Source: Octopus vulgaris (Eukaryota). From it: DNA of 64,000 nucleotides. The position numbers and the translations under genes were made by a program. A model generated the notes under the pieces. That model was given only the letters and a program-made list of their open reading frames with translations. It had not been told where the DNA came from and ran no database searches. Below are positions 26,251 through 39,693 of the stretch, one piece after another (position 1 is the stretch's first letter; each line of letters begins with the position of its first letter). The DNA lies in contig OX597814.1 in assembly GCA_951406725.2 (NCBI GenBank), forward strand, positions 158,162,001-158,226,000, written 5' to 3'.

Positions 26251-28214
26251 TTACTTTGATACTTTGATAGGTTTCGGCCATTATTGGCCCAGGCCATGTC
26301 TAACTTAATAGCACCACCTGGTGAAGTCTTTCAAGTCAGAATTTGGGCACTATGGCCCACTCAAGTAGAGAGTTATTGTTTACAGAGACATATCCGGGTG
26401 TAGGGGGTTTATCCGGGATTTCTTGAAGGAATCTGTCCAAAGACTTCTTGAACCCTATAGGGTCAGTTTGTTTTAATGTTAAAGAGAGCGGGGCCAATTG
26501 AGGTGAAATAATTGTGCCGTATTGTTGTTATGAGATGAGTGCGATTTTTGTTTTGGGCGGATGGCACGGGGGCCAAGCCTTGGATGTACCTTAAAGGTGA
26601 TGCCAACATCATTTGGGCAATGCTGATGGAATATTTTCCACATCATGCAGATGATGTAGCGCTCACGACGACGTTGGAGAGAATAGAGTTTTAGCTTTTC
26701 TAGTCGACCCCAATAGTCGAGGCCTGTCATGCCATCTATCTTTTTTGTGATTGCCCTTTGAGGTGCTTCAACTTTTATGATACCTTGTATTGTGTGGGGA
26801 GACCACAGTGGACAACAGTATTCAAGGTGGGGTCGGGCAAAAGTGGAGAAGAGAAGGATAATGGTGTGGATATCTCTCGACTGGAAAGTTCTGAGAATCC
26901 AGGAACACATTCTGCGGGCCATGTCAACTTTGGTGTTTATATGAGTGGCCCAGCTTATGTTGTTGTCCACAATTACTCCCAAGTCTCTGATGTTGTTGGA
27001 CGCAGCGAGAGTTTCACCTGAAGGAAGGGAGTATGGGAGTTTCAGGGCATCCTCTTTTCCAAAGTGGATTAACTCAAATTTATCCTCGTTCAGCAGCATA
27101 TTGTTTTTTTCTGCCCATTGGATAACAGCCAGTAGATCTGACTGAAGGCATGTCCGGTCACTCGCCTCATTTATGACCTTCTGTAGCTTGGAGTCATCTG
27201 CAAAGATTTTTATGTTGCTGTGCTTGATGATGTCATTAATGTCATTAATGTAAATGATGAAAAGAAGTGGGCCCAGCACAGTGCCTTGCGGAACGCCACT
27301 ACTGACTTTGGCTGGGCTTGATTTTACCCCTTCAACTACAACATGTTGAGATCTGTCTGTCAGGAAACACTTGATCCATTTCAGTAACTTTCCAGAGACA
27401 CCAATGTTGGATAGTTTTTTCAATAGGATCTTGTGATCGACCCTGTCGAAGGCCTTACTGAAATCAAGGTAGATGACATCGGTGTTGGAGCCCTCTCCCA
27501 AAGCTCTCAAAATGTCCTCAAAGTGATGCAGGAGCTGCGTTAGGCAGTCCCTTCCATTACGGAACCCATGTTGGTTGGAGATCAGCCGTCTGTTGCTTTC
27601 CAGAAATTGGGTTATTCGAGATCTCACCACCCTTTCAAATACCTTGATGATATGAGAGGTGAGTGAGATCGGACGGTAGTTCACTGCAAGGGACTTGTTT
27701 CCCTTTTTGAAAACTGGGACAACAGACTGGGACAGAAGGTTTTTGGAATATAGCCAGCATCCAGTGAGTTTCTCCACAGATTAGCAAGGGGAGATGCAAG
27801 TTGGTGTCGACACACCTTCAGGACACAAGCAGGGAACCTATCGGGGCCTACTGCTGAATTGTGTTTTATTTCGTTTATCGCCGCTAAGACATCAGGGGCA
27901 CTAAACGTTATGTCCGATATTGTGTGTTGGGGGTTGACATCACTGATACAGCCCAGATCGGCCATATCAGGATTGCTGAAAACAGAGCAGTATTGTTTCT
28001 GCAGTATCTCGGCCATGGATTTGGCGTTATCTTGGAGAGTGCCAGTTTCATCAATTAGAGGGCCAACAATGGAGACAGTGACCCTGCGTTTCCTCGCAAA
28101 TGAAAAGAACACTTTGGGGTTGAGTTTGATTTTTTCAATGGCCCACTTCTCCTCAGCTGATCTTTGGTTATTGGTGAGGGTCTTCATGCATTGTTGGAGG
28201 TTATATTTTTTGGA
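26251..28214 (-). mobile_element. CR1-type LINE copy A, 5'-truncated, young
   Basis: 432-aa ORF with NYRPISLTS, YLDFSKAFD, GVPQGTVLGP, IFADD, RPHLEYC..WSP; 3' stem-loop and (ATCAAAGT)n tail; inserted in (TA)n. Confidence 0.96.
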
Positions 28215-28291
28215 TTATATACATACATATATATACATATATGCATGTATATATGTGTATATACATCTGCACATATACATGTATCAATCTA

Positions 28292-28329
<38 letters not shown>

Positions 28330-28373
28330 GATATATAGATGTATGTGTACAGATGTATATGCATACATGCATA

Positions 28374-28419
<46 letters not shown>

Positions 28420-28450
28420 TGTGTATATGTATATGCATATATATAGATTT

Positions 28451-28501
<51 letters not shown>

Positions 28502-28503
<2 letters not shown>

Positions 28504-30953
28504 TTTGATACTTTGATACTTTGATAGGTTTCGGCCATTATTGGCCCAGGCCATGTCTAACTTAATAGCACCACCTGGTGAAGTCTTTCAAGTCAGAATT
28601 TGGGCACTATGGCCCACTCAAGTAGAGAGTTATTGTTTACAGAAACATATCCGGGTGTAGGGGGTTTATCCGGGATTTCTTGAAGGAATCTGTCCAAAGA
28701 CTTCTTGAACCCTATAGGGTCAGTTTCTGTTTTAATGTGTTTTGGTGTAATGTTAAAGAGAGCGGGGCCAATTGAGGTGAAATAATTGTGCCGTATTGTT
28801 GTTATGAGATGAGAGTGCGATTTTTGTTTTGGGCGGATGGCACGGGGCCCAAGCCTTGGATGTACCTTAAAGGTGATGCCAACATCATTTGGGCAATGCT
28901 GATGGAATATTTTCCACATCATGCAGATGATGTAGCGCTCACGACGACGTTGGAGAGAATAGAGTTTTAGCTTTTCTAGTCGACCCCAATAGTCGAGGCC
29001 TGTCATGCCATCTATCTTTTTGTGATTGCCCTTTGAGGTGCTTCAACTTTTATGATACCTTGTATTGTGTGGGGAGACCACAGTGGACAACAGTATTCAA
29101 GGTGGGGTCGGGCAAAAGTGGAGAAGAGAAGGATAATGGTGTGGATATCTCTCGACTGGAAAGTTCTGAGAATCCAGGAACACATTCTGCGGGCCATGTC
29201 AACTTTGGTGTTTATATGAGTGGCCCAGCTTACGTTGTTGTCCACAATTACTCCCAAGTCTCTGATGTTGTTGGACGCCGCGAGAGTTTCACCTGAAGGA
29301 AGGGAGTATGGGAGTTTCAGGGCATCCTCTTTTCCAAAGTGGATTAGCTCAAATTTATCCTCGTTCAGCAGCATATTGTTTTTTTCTGCCCATTGGATAA
29401 CAGCCAGTAGATCTGACTGAAGGCATGTCCGGTCACTCGCCTCATTTATGACCTTCTGTAGCTTGGAGTCATCTGCAAAGATTTTTATGTTGCTGTGCTT
29501 GATGATGTCATTAATGTCATTAATGTAAATGATGAAAAGAAGTGGGCCTAGCACAGTGCCTTGCGGAACGCCACTACTGACTTTGGCTGGGCTTGATTTT
29601 ACCCCTTCAACTACAACATGTTGAGATCTGTCTGTCAGGAAACACTTAATCCATTTCAGTAACTTTCCAGAGACACCAATGTTGGATAGTTTTTTCAATA
29701 GGATCTTGTGATCGACCCTGTCGAAGGCCTTACTGAAATCAAGGTAGATGACATCGGTGTTGGAGCCCTCTCCCAAAGCTCTCAAAATGTCCTCAAAGTG
29801 ATGCAGGAGCTGCGTTAGGCAGTCCCTTCCATTACGGAACCCATGTTGGTTGGAGATCAGCCGTCTGTTGCTTTCCAGAAATTGGGTTATTCGAGATCTC
29901 ACCACCCTCTCAAATACCTTGATGATATGAGAGGTGAGTGAGATCGGACGGTAATTCACTGCAAGGGACTTGTTTCCCTTTTTGAAAACTGGGACAACAG
30001 ACTGGGACAGAAGGTTTTTTGGAATATAGCCAGCATCCAGTGAGTTTCTCCACAGATTAGCAAGGGGAGATGCAAGTTGGTGTCGACACACCTTCAGGAC
30101 ACAAGCAGGGAACCTATCGGGGCCTACTGCTGAATTGCGTTTTATTTCGTTTATCGCCGCTAAGACATCAGGGGCACTAAACGTTATGTCCGATATAGTG
30201 TGTTGGGGTTGACATCACTGATACAGCCCAGATCGGCCATATCAGGATTGCTGAAAACAGAGCAGTATTGTTTCTGCAGTATCTCGGCCATGGATTTGGC
30301 ATTATCTTGGAGAGTGCCAGTTTCGTCAATTAGAGGGCCTACAGTGGAGACAGTGACCCTGCGTTTCCTCGCAAATGAAAAGAACACTTTGGGGTTGAGT
30401 TTGATTTTTTCAATGGCCCACTTCTCCTCAGCTGATCTTTGTTTATTGATGAGGGTCTTCATGCATTGTTGGAGGTTATATTTTTGGGATTCAAGCAGTG
30501 CGATAGCCGTCGAATGTGTGTGTTGCTGTTGGCAGTACTTTAGTTTGTTAATTTTTTTGTTCTTTTTATTTTTCTGATAATGGTTTTTCTGTTTTGGGGG
30601 ATTCTGCACTTTTTGTTCACAGGTCTTGGTGGGGAGTGTTTTGCACATATGTCTGTGACGGTGTCTACAAAGATCTGCCAAGATGTTTTATGGTTGGTGG
30701 AGATGTGTGTATGTGTAAAGGACCAGTCAACATTTGATAGCTCGTTCCTGATTGCATCCCAGTTGGCTTTATGGAGATCCATGTTGTCAAATGGGTGGGC
30801 TGGAGGAAGGTCACTAGGATTAGCTTTCGGCTGGTGGAATTTCATGTTACAGAGAACCATGTCATGGTCTGAAAGAAGGGTTTTTTCCACTGTAACGTTA
30901 TGTATAGTGTTAGTGTGTTTACTAAACACTAGGTCCAAAATTTTCTGATGTCT

Positions 30954-30956
<3 letters not shown>
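28502..30956 (-). mobile_element. CR1-type LINE copy B, truncated within the endonuclease, young
   Basis: Near-identical to copy A; extends 5' to TRHQKILDLVF..SDH (APE C-terminus); three ATCAAAGT tail units; single-base frameshifts. Confidence 0.96.
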
Positions 30957-30997
<41 letters not shown>

Positions 30998-31000
<3 letters not shown>

Positions 31001-31247
31001 GTATGTATGTAAGAATATGTACGTATATATAAGTATATATACACTTGTATGTATATGTATAGATAGATATGTCTATGCATGTATATAACTATATATATAA
31101 GTGTACATATATATGTATGTATGTATATATATATACATATATATGTACACATATATATAGTTATATGCATGCATAGACATATATATACATATACATACAA
31201 GTATATATATACTTATATATACGTACATATACTTACATATATACGTA
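30998..31247. repeat. About 250-bp palindrome of cryptically simple TA-rich sequence
   Basis: Microsatellite interruptions on the left arm (aagaatatgtacg, cacttg, gtctatgcatg, taacta, gtgtac) are mirrored as reverse complements on the right arm. Confidence 0.85.
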
Positions 31248-31407
31248 TATATATATATATACATTTAAATCTAAATATATGCATATATGCATATATATAT
31301 GTATATATGCATATATATATATATATATATATACATATATACACATCTATGTATATATACATCTATACATATGCATGTATGCATATACATCTATACATAT
31401 CTCTATA

Positions 31408-31458
<51 letters not shown>

Positions 31459-32329
31459 GTGCAGATGTATATACACATATATACATGCATATATATATAT
31501 ATATATAGATAGATATATGCATATATAAATAGAGTCAAAAGATAGATGGTGTACGATTCTATAGATGTTTAATGACCACTGCACATGCTTCGATACAACA
31601 TAGATCCACATATATAGAGGATTTTATTTTTAATTAAGTAACAACTTAACCGTATAATAGGACTTACTTGCATGTCCCCAGGTGATATATATAATCGCTG
31701 TCTCCCTAAATATATGTTTGCTTTCGATGCTATCACATCCAACTGGCTCCTTTGAATCTAGCAGATGCTGACAGTTTCAATCCGCTCGGTGTGAGCGTGC
31801 CTCTACACGCTTGATATGAGTCACATTGTGTACATGACATGTTTACTTTGTTTTACATGTTAGGCTGCTGATACTAAATTTTATTACTTCGCAAATACAC
31901 TCACACATATGTTCATGCTTATACAACCACTCACACACAGATATACCACTACAAATCTGGGCATCTCCATACATACAAATATACAAACACACACACTCGC
32001 GTACACACACACATGCACAACACACATACACACACATATATAATATATATGTACATATATACAGATGCACACCCACACCCACACACATACACGCACTCAC
32101 ACGCACATGCAGACACATACTGATCAACAAACACGTTTACACCCATACATAGCCGCACATACATTTATCTACTCATATTCATGTACATAGTTATATCGAT
32201 GGACACTCCGTGATAAATACACACACTCCTATACAAGCGTGAAGACGTGAAAGGGTGGGTTTAGTGAAATAGAATAATAATGAGAATTTTTTATACTCTG
32301 TTCTATATGCAAAATCCGTATTTGGCGCG

Positions 32330-32653
32330 GTGGTTACACCTTGGAATTTTCTCATCATGTTTGTTTACCCGATGTTCATTACTCAGCAGTATAGTCAATG
32401 CTTCCTCTTGTTGAGGCAAGATAACATGTTGTTCCACTGAGGTGCAATGTGCTATGCGCAAAACACCTGTAAATGATATGAAACATTCCCACTTGACTCC
32501 TAGGATACGTCAGAGTCACTTTTGATGAAATCTTTCCAGCATTATAATGTGAAGCTTGTAAATGATCTATGTCTCAGTCGAATAAAGAAGTGCTGACAAT
32601 ACACACGCTTTATACACACTGATATTTGTCTGCAGGGAAATACCTCTATCAGC

Positions 32654-32657
<4 letters not shown>
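32330..32657 (-). mobile_element. RTE LINE 3' ORF fragment
   Basis: [29 protein letters not shown], a post-RT RTE motif. Confidence 0.8.
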
Positions 32658-32690
<33 letters not shown>

Positions 32691-32858
32691 CGTGTGTGTG
32701 TGTGTATGTGTGTGGGTGTGGGTGTGTGTGTGTGTGTGTCTGTGTGTGTCTGTGTGTGTATGTGGATATATATTACATATGTATATAAATACATATGCAA
32801 ATATATATGTATACATATATATATATATGTATATACATGTATATATATATATGTGTGC

Positions 32859-32951
<93 letters not shown>

Positions 32952-32964
32952 TATGTGTGTGTAT

Positions 32965-35275
32965 AAAAAAGAAAAGAAATGAAGTATTAATAAACAATGA
33001 GAAGTTGATCATGGGTATTAAAAGGTCATAATTTGATTGTAGTTCAGAATCATTTATACGGAACTACACGAACCGTGAATTAAATCGAATACAAACCTTA
33101 AATATATAAATGCACTTAGCAATCACCCACACTTTATAAATAGAGAACTTGTACAAGGCATCAGCAAAAGAGTCTCATGTCTCTCGTCCAACGAAGATAT
33201 CTTTAATAAGTATAAGGAATTCTACAACAGGTCATGAGAAAAAGCTGGTTATAAGCAAACAGTTAAAAGTACCATCACGCGGAACCCTGTAAAAATAACC
33301 TGAATAACATAAATATTCAAGATTATAATAATAGGAATAATAGCCAAAATGTATACTATAATAATCACATAAACAATAAGAATAACAATAATAATAGCAG
33401 TAGTAGTAATAACAAAAATGATAGGAAGAATGATAAGATTCATAATAATATTAATAACAATATTAAATATGATAACGATAGAAATACTAATAATGGGAAT
33501 GATAATAATACCAAGAAAAATAATAACAATAACAATAAAACTATCACACCTCAAAGAACCAATGAAGTCCCGTTAGAAATGATAATATGAAGGTAAATAA
33601 AATTAATAAATCGTACAGCAACAACCCCACCAAAGCTGATAGTAATAGTAATTAAAATAAGAAAAGAAAGAATAATAATAATTATAACCACAAGTTTACG
33701 ATCTACAATAATAATGAGGGCAGTTTCTACACCAAAATCAAAATATTAAAAAAGACACGCGGAATAAAGATAACACCTGGCTAATAATCCCCTTCGCGAT
33801 ATAACTAAAAACCAATATAGTTAAATCTATGATGAAACTTATAAATATGCAATTCAATATGAATATCAAATACTCAGAGACCTTTAGCAAGAAAATTAGA
33901 GTAGACCATAGCCTAACTACTAACCTAGTTACTATTATAGCCTCTATCAACAATAATAAGCTAGACGCCTTCTATGAAACTAGGAACAATAACAACAAAA
34001 AGCACAACAACCAATCGATTGTTATAATAAGTGATCTCCCAAATAACTCACCCTCTAAAAATTCGGACAACCACCTTATAAATAATAATCCCCTCCCCCA
34101 ACATATCATAGGCACAGATAATCGTACTAATCTATGTGGCCGCAAAGACAAAAATAATTGTGAATTCTTAAATAAATGTAAAACTAAAAACGTAATCTAC
34201 CAATGTGAAGTACTCTCAAATAATTACAAGAAAACTTATAATGGAGCAACCAAAAATGAAATGAAACTTAGATATAATTCCCATTGCTCAAGTTCCAGAA
34301 ATAAAAGTAAAGCGAACTCTACCGGACTAAGTAGTTACATCTGGGAACTGAAAGACAAAACCATTAATTATAGATTAGAATGGCGTATCCTATCCAAAAC
34401 ATCTTCATATAACCTTAATAAATATCGCCGTAATTTATGCATAAATGAGAAATTCTTCATTTTAATGGCCAAATCAGAATTACTTAAACGAGACCAAAAA
34501 AATTAACATTTTTTGCATAAAGATACATTCATATTCTCTAAATACCGCTAGTACCTGCATTACAGGTTACTAGCTGACCTGCCTAACATCTTATTACTTC
34601 CCCTAACCATCCCACGTACCACAGAGCATAATTTAACATCACATCACAATTTTAAATTAAATTACCCCGATTAATCGAACTATCTATTTAAAATTCTACG
34701 TTGTACACCAGGGGATATAACCCTCTATAATATATTCACTTTAAAGCTAGATTGCCGACTCACATAACACGTTATATTTTTATTGATTTTTATTTATTTG
34801 CTCTTTAACTTTTTTATTATTTCTTTACGTAGCCCATATATATATATTATGTCATACTAACTTTAAAAAGCATACTTAGTTTTTAACAAGGGCATTACTA
34901 GTGATCATAGGGACTAACCTAGCGGTCACTAACAGGGTTACGTATGACAATTACCAATAACACATATCGCCACCAGGTATAACTCCTTCGACTAATACCG
35001 TCGGTCAACTAGTCATTTTCCCCACTTACTGCTCCATACATCTAACTGAAGAAATATTTTTCGTCACATAGTTCAGGAGGTATGTTAATCTGATGAAGCA
35101 TCATTACATATTTAAACAGATTTGATTATTCTTGAAAATGTTCGTTTTATTAATGAAGCAGATACAGCGGGAATTTAGGAGACGCGTCATTTGTTTGTAT
35201 AAAATATTTAAGTTGAATTTATAATTGTTCAATTTATTGTTTTGTATTTTCCATTTCATATTTATATTTATATAT
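32965..35275 (+). mobile_element. Penelope-like element: GIY-YIG endonuclease region and pseudo-LTR
   Basis: ORF 33829-34506: C..CEFLNKC..KNVIYQC..KTYNGAT..KLRYNSH..STGLSSYIWELK..LEWRIL..LCINEK; decayed hammerhead at 35087-35191. Confidence 0.85.
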
Positions 35276-35557
35276 TAACAAATTGTATGTTTATGTCTTT
35301 TACTTATTGAAGTAACATTGTTATTAATATGAACCAGTAGCTTCTTCAGATATTCAATATCCCTAAGGTGTATTTTATGCCTCGCTAAACTATATATGTA
35401 TATATATATAAAGTTAATCCAAACAAGAAAACACAAAAAAAAACACAGCAACGCGAGGACGTGGAACAAATAAAGTATTGTTGGACGCTCAGGAAAGAAG
35501 GGAAGGCGTGTGTGTGTGTGTTTGTGTGTGTGTGTATGTATGCATGCATTAAGTATG

Positions 35558-35592
<35 letters not shown>

Positions 35593-35605
35593 ATATATGT
35601 ATGTA

Positions 35606-35636
<31 letters not shown>

Positions 35637-35659
35637 ATATATGTGTGTGTGTGTCTGTA

Positions 35660-35852
35660 AGCGTGTTTGTACCCCACCATCGCTTGACAACCGATGTTGC
35701 TGTGTTTACGTCCCCGTACCTTAAATATTTGGCAAAACATACCGATAGAATAACTACTAAGCTTACAAACATTAAATTCTGGGATCGATTTCTTCGACTG
35801 AAGGCGGTGCTCCAGCAAGACCGGTGTCAACCGGAACAACTAAAACAATAAA
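35660..35852 (+). mobile_element. SINE family 2, 3' half
   Basis: catcgcttgacaaccgatg...aaggcggtgctccagca, shared with 37990-38160. Confidence 0.8.
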
Positions 35853-35857
35853 AAAAG

Positions 35858-35900
35858 CTATGCCATTTTAACCCCGAGCAACACCGGGTATCTCTACTAG
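35858..35900 (+). mobile_element. Helitron-like 3' terminus
   Basis: cccgagcaacaccggg hairpin followed by CTAG|T. Confidence 0.6.
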
Positions 35901-36571
35901 TTGTATACAAAAAAGGTTCATTCCTAAGCGAGGTTGGGGGCAGGTGCAGTTATGATAGTCGTCAATCTTTAGTTAAAACTACATATATAAGGCTTTCGGC
36001 ATATCTTCCAGAAATACATGAAATCAAATTCAGTGCAATTTTAGAGAATCCTTTTACAACAAATCCCAAATGAAATAAGGCTAAATGAATTAATATTATG
36101 ACTTAATTATAACAACAGAACGGATTCTTTGTAGTTAACGCATAATATATTATTTTTATTATTATATGAATAATAGAATATATTCGATGTTGCAATCAAC
36201 TTACAGATATTTAATGGTTTCCAAGTCCAATCGTTTCTGAATTATTGAATAAGCTAAAAACTTATATGTTTTATGCTGGCAACACAATGCATATCCGTTC
36301 ACATTGGCAATATATTGAAAACTCATTAAAAGAACAAAACAACATATAACCGATACGAAAAGAAAGGAAAGACAGGGACGTATGACATAATATTAATTAT
36401 TTATGTGAAAAGAAATAAAATATTTAATGCTATGATGCATGAAATGTGCTTATTGTCTATCATTCAATAAGTTGGTGTCCATAATGAAACGTCACTTATA
36501 GAAGTAATTATATATACACATATATACAATGCGTGCGCTTATACACACACACTCGCACATTTATGTACATA

Positions 36572-36656
<85 letters not shown>

Positions 36657-37052
36657 CTAGCAGTATCGCCCGGCGTTGCTCAGGTTTGTAAGGGAGATAA
36701 CTATAAAGCATTTTTAGAGAGTTATAGCCCAAAAATAGCAAAAAAATGGAAAAAAATGATGGTAAATTTTTTTTTTAATTTAAAAAAGGTGGAGTTGCGT
36801 CCCCTAGACAGTTTGTGGTTCGTGTTTTTGATTCTCGACCCCATGTCGAATTTATCGATTTTTTACAGAACTGGGGGAACTTTTCAAAATTTTCGCTGCG
36901 TCAGTTTTGAATTATGACATTGGGCTATGTATGTGTCAAGTTTCATCAGAATCGGTTGAAAGCCGTGGTCAGGGTGAGGGTACAAGCAAACAGACACACA
37001 GAAACACGCACAGACAATGGAGGCGACACAATGCAAGCACGTTATTTATATA
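36657..37052 (-). mobile_element. Non-autonomous Helitron-like element
   Basis: On minus, ends in hairpin + CTAG|T (plus strand actagcagtatcgcccggcgttgctc); first ~120 bp shared with 44207-44598. Confidence 0.7.
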
Positions 37053-37548
37053 TCAGGTCATCCCATAAGTTCTATCCGAACTTTGAATATAGAAAACAAG
37101 TGATCAAATGTTATATTTAATTGAAATTTAATCATCAGCGTACTTTTCCTGATTATCTATGACTTCCTTCCATCTATTTACAAGGTTTATAATCCCATTA
37201 ATGTAAAACTCTTTCAGTTTCAATGCGAAGAACTCTGAAATGTCAGTTTCGACCTCTTCCTGGCTTGTGAAAGTTATGTCCCCTAAGTGAGTCTGTAAAC
37301 GACGAAACAAATGGTATTCTGAAGGAGCGAGGTCGGGAGAAAAAAGGTGGATGAGGAATTTTTTTTCCTAACCAAGCTCTTCGATCTTCTGTGATGTGAT
37401 CTTTGCTGTGAGGAGTCGCGCATTGTCCTGATGAAACATCACTCCTTTTCGATTCACTAAAGCAAGTCTTTTTTCTTCAAAGCTTGGTTAAATCTCTCTA
37501 ATTGATGACAGTAGACTTGAGCATTGATTGTTGTATTAGTTGGTAATT
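37053..37548 (-). mobile_element. Mariner 3' half with TIR
   Basis: FHQDNAR, HPPFSPDLAPSEYHLFRRLQ; TIR tatcaggtcatcccataagttc. Confidence 0.88.
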
Positions 37549-37763
37549 TCTTTATTAACCATGAGGTTGAGAAAAAGAGAGGACGATACGAGGACAGACA
37601 AAAAAAACATTGGGGTCAGGGGATCGAATGAGACGAAACGTATGAATAAACATATAATTAAAATATATACAATTAAATGAAAATGAGTGACTTACAAAAA
37701 ATGAAGCGGAGGACGTGGAACGGCGATCCAACAAAATGTCTGTAAATATGTATCTTTTTTAAT

Positions 37764-38171
37764 AGGCGCAGGAGTGGCCGTGCGGCAAGTAGCTTGCTTA
37801 CCAACCACATGGTCCCGGGTTTAGTCCCACTGCGTGGAACTTTGGGCAAGTGTCTTCTACTATAGCCTCAGGCAGACCAAAGCCTTGTGAGTGGATTTGG
37901 TAGACGGAAACTGAAAGAAGCCCGTCGTATATAAGTATATATATATGCATATATTTGTGTATATATGTTATGTATCTGTGTTTGTCCCCCCAACATCGCT
38001 TGACAACCGATGCTGGTGTGTTTACGTCCCCGACACTTAGCGGTTCGGCAAAAGAGACCGATAGAATAAGTACTAGGCTTACAAATAGTAAGTTCTGGGG
38101 TCGATTTGATTCGACTAAAGGCGGTGCTACAGCCTGGCCGCAGTCAAATGACTGAAACAAGTAAAAGAGAA
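37764..38171 (+). mobile_element. SINE family 2, full length
   Basis: A-box-like agtggccgtgcgg, B-box-like gggtttagtccc, body as at 24398. Confidence 0.92.
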
Positions 38172-38699
38172 TGTGTACATATGCATAATTTTACTTTATA
38201 TATATTATTTTATATCTTTTAATTGCATATCTTTTACTTTTCTTTATGCAATATTATTTATATGTAATTCTTATTCGCATATCTTACTTTTTTATTATTT
38301 TATATGTATATCTATATATATTTTTACTTTTATATATATATTTATATTCATTGCATATCTTTTACTTTTTATATTTATATATAATTCTTATTTACATTTG
38401 CAAATCACATATCGTACTTTTTTTTCTTTTATGAATGAGTTACTCCGCGTCGGTCACCGGAGTGATATTTAATCACTTCATAGAGTATCTGAGTGCAGGT
38501 TTTGTGTTTGGAATGTGATAGTTTACCTTATGGGCAAGTAGAAGCTCTTTAACCTTTGTTGGTAATCTACCTAGGAGAATGAAATCTCCGAAATAAATCT
38601 TGAGGCCTAGGAAGTTCCTGGTTTTGTCAATTTTCATATCACTCCGGCGAAAGTCTTCTTGGGCCAATAGGGTGGGTTAGTGCAGTGCAAGCTACATCC

Positions 38700-39390
38700 A
38701 CTGGAAATTATTCATCTGCTCAGGTACTTCCTGTACTCCAAATCTTAGTAAAATCATTGAATTGGTTGGTTGGCGGAAACCTAAAAATGCCCTTGTAACT
38801 TACTCTAAAATGTTTCAAACAGATTCAGTAAGTGGCAAAAAAAGTCTCGGGAACGTCAGTGGAATAAGTCTAGCTCGGTAGGTGTCCCAGTGTATGACAG
38901 GCTAGACCTGATCGTCATCCTAACACTGTGATCAAACAATCTTCAAGAAAAGTAAAAATAGACATCCTTTGAATTTCGGTTGTTGGAACGTGCGCACACT
39001 TCATGATGATAATTTCAAACAAGAGACCAAAAAGGCGTACTACACTTATTGTACGTGAGCTCAAGAAATATTCCATTGATATAGTTGCGCTCTCTGAAAC
39101 TCGTCTCTCTGGTGAGGGTCAAGTAAATGAATCTAATTATGGATATACTATCTTTTGGAGAGGCCCACCTAAGGGTCATCCTAGAGAATCTGGTGTTGGG
39201 TTTGCTCTCAATTGTAGAGCTTCCAAGTGGTATGTCTGAACAGATCATGTCATGCCGTATTAAACTGACAAAAGGTAGGTTTCTTACCGTTGTCAGTATT
39301 TATGTACCAACAATGTCCCATTCTGATGAAACTGTAGGATAGTTTTATGGCGATCTGGCACGATTATTGAGGAAAGTACCAATTTCTGAG
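38700..39390 (+). mobile_element. RTE LINE 5' fragment (endonuclease)
   Basis: LNFGCWNVRTL, RRTTLIVRELKKYSIDIVALSETRLSGEGQ, RESGVGFA, VVSIYVPTM. Confidence 0.88.
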
Positions 39391-39428
39391 TTCATTTAAT
39401 TTTTCTGCAATTTAATTGTTTTTCATAC

Positions 39429-39470
39429 TTTAAGTTGAAAAAGTCGCGAAGACTGAAACCGGTAATAAAA
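39429..39470 (+). ncRNA. Minimal hammerhead motif, U3-A8 core, stem I decayed
   Basis: TTGAAAA-agtc gcgaa gact-GAAA-ccgg-TA. Confidence 0.55.
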
Positions 39471-39650
39471 TGTTCTTCATGATAAAATTTTTTAGCATTT
39501 TCTACCTTGTCTTATTTTCCGTATGTATATATATATACATATATACATACAATACATACATATATATGTACATACACACACACATACTTATACATACATG
39601 CACACACACATATATATGTGCGTATATATGCATATATATATATATATGTG

Positions 39651-39693
<43 letters not shown>

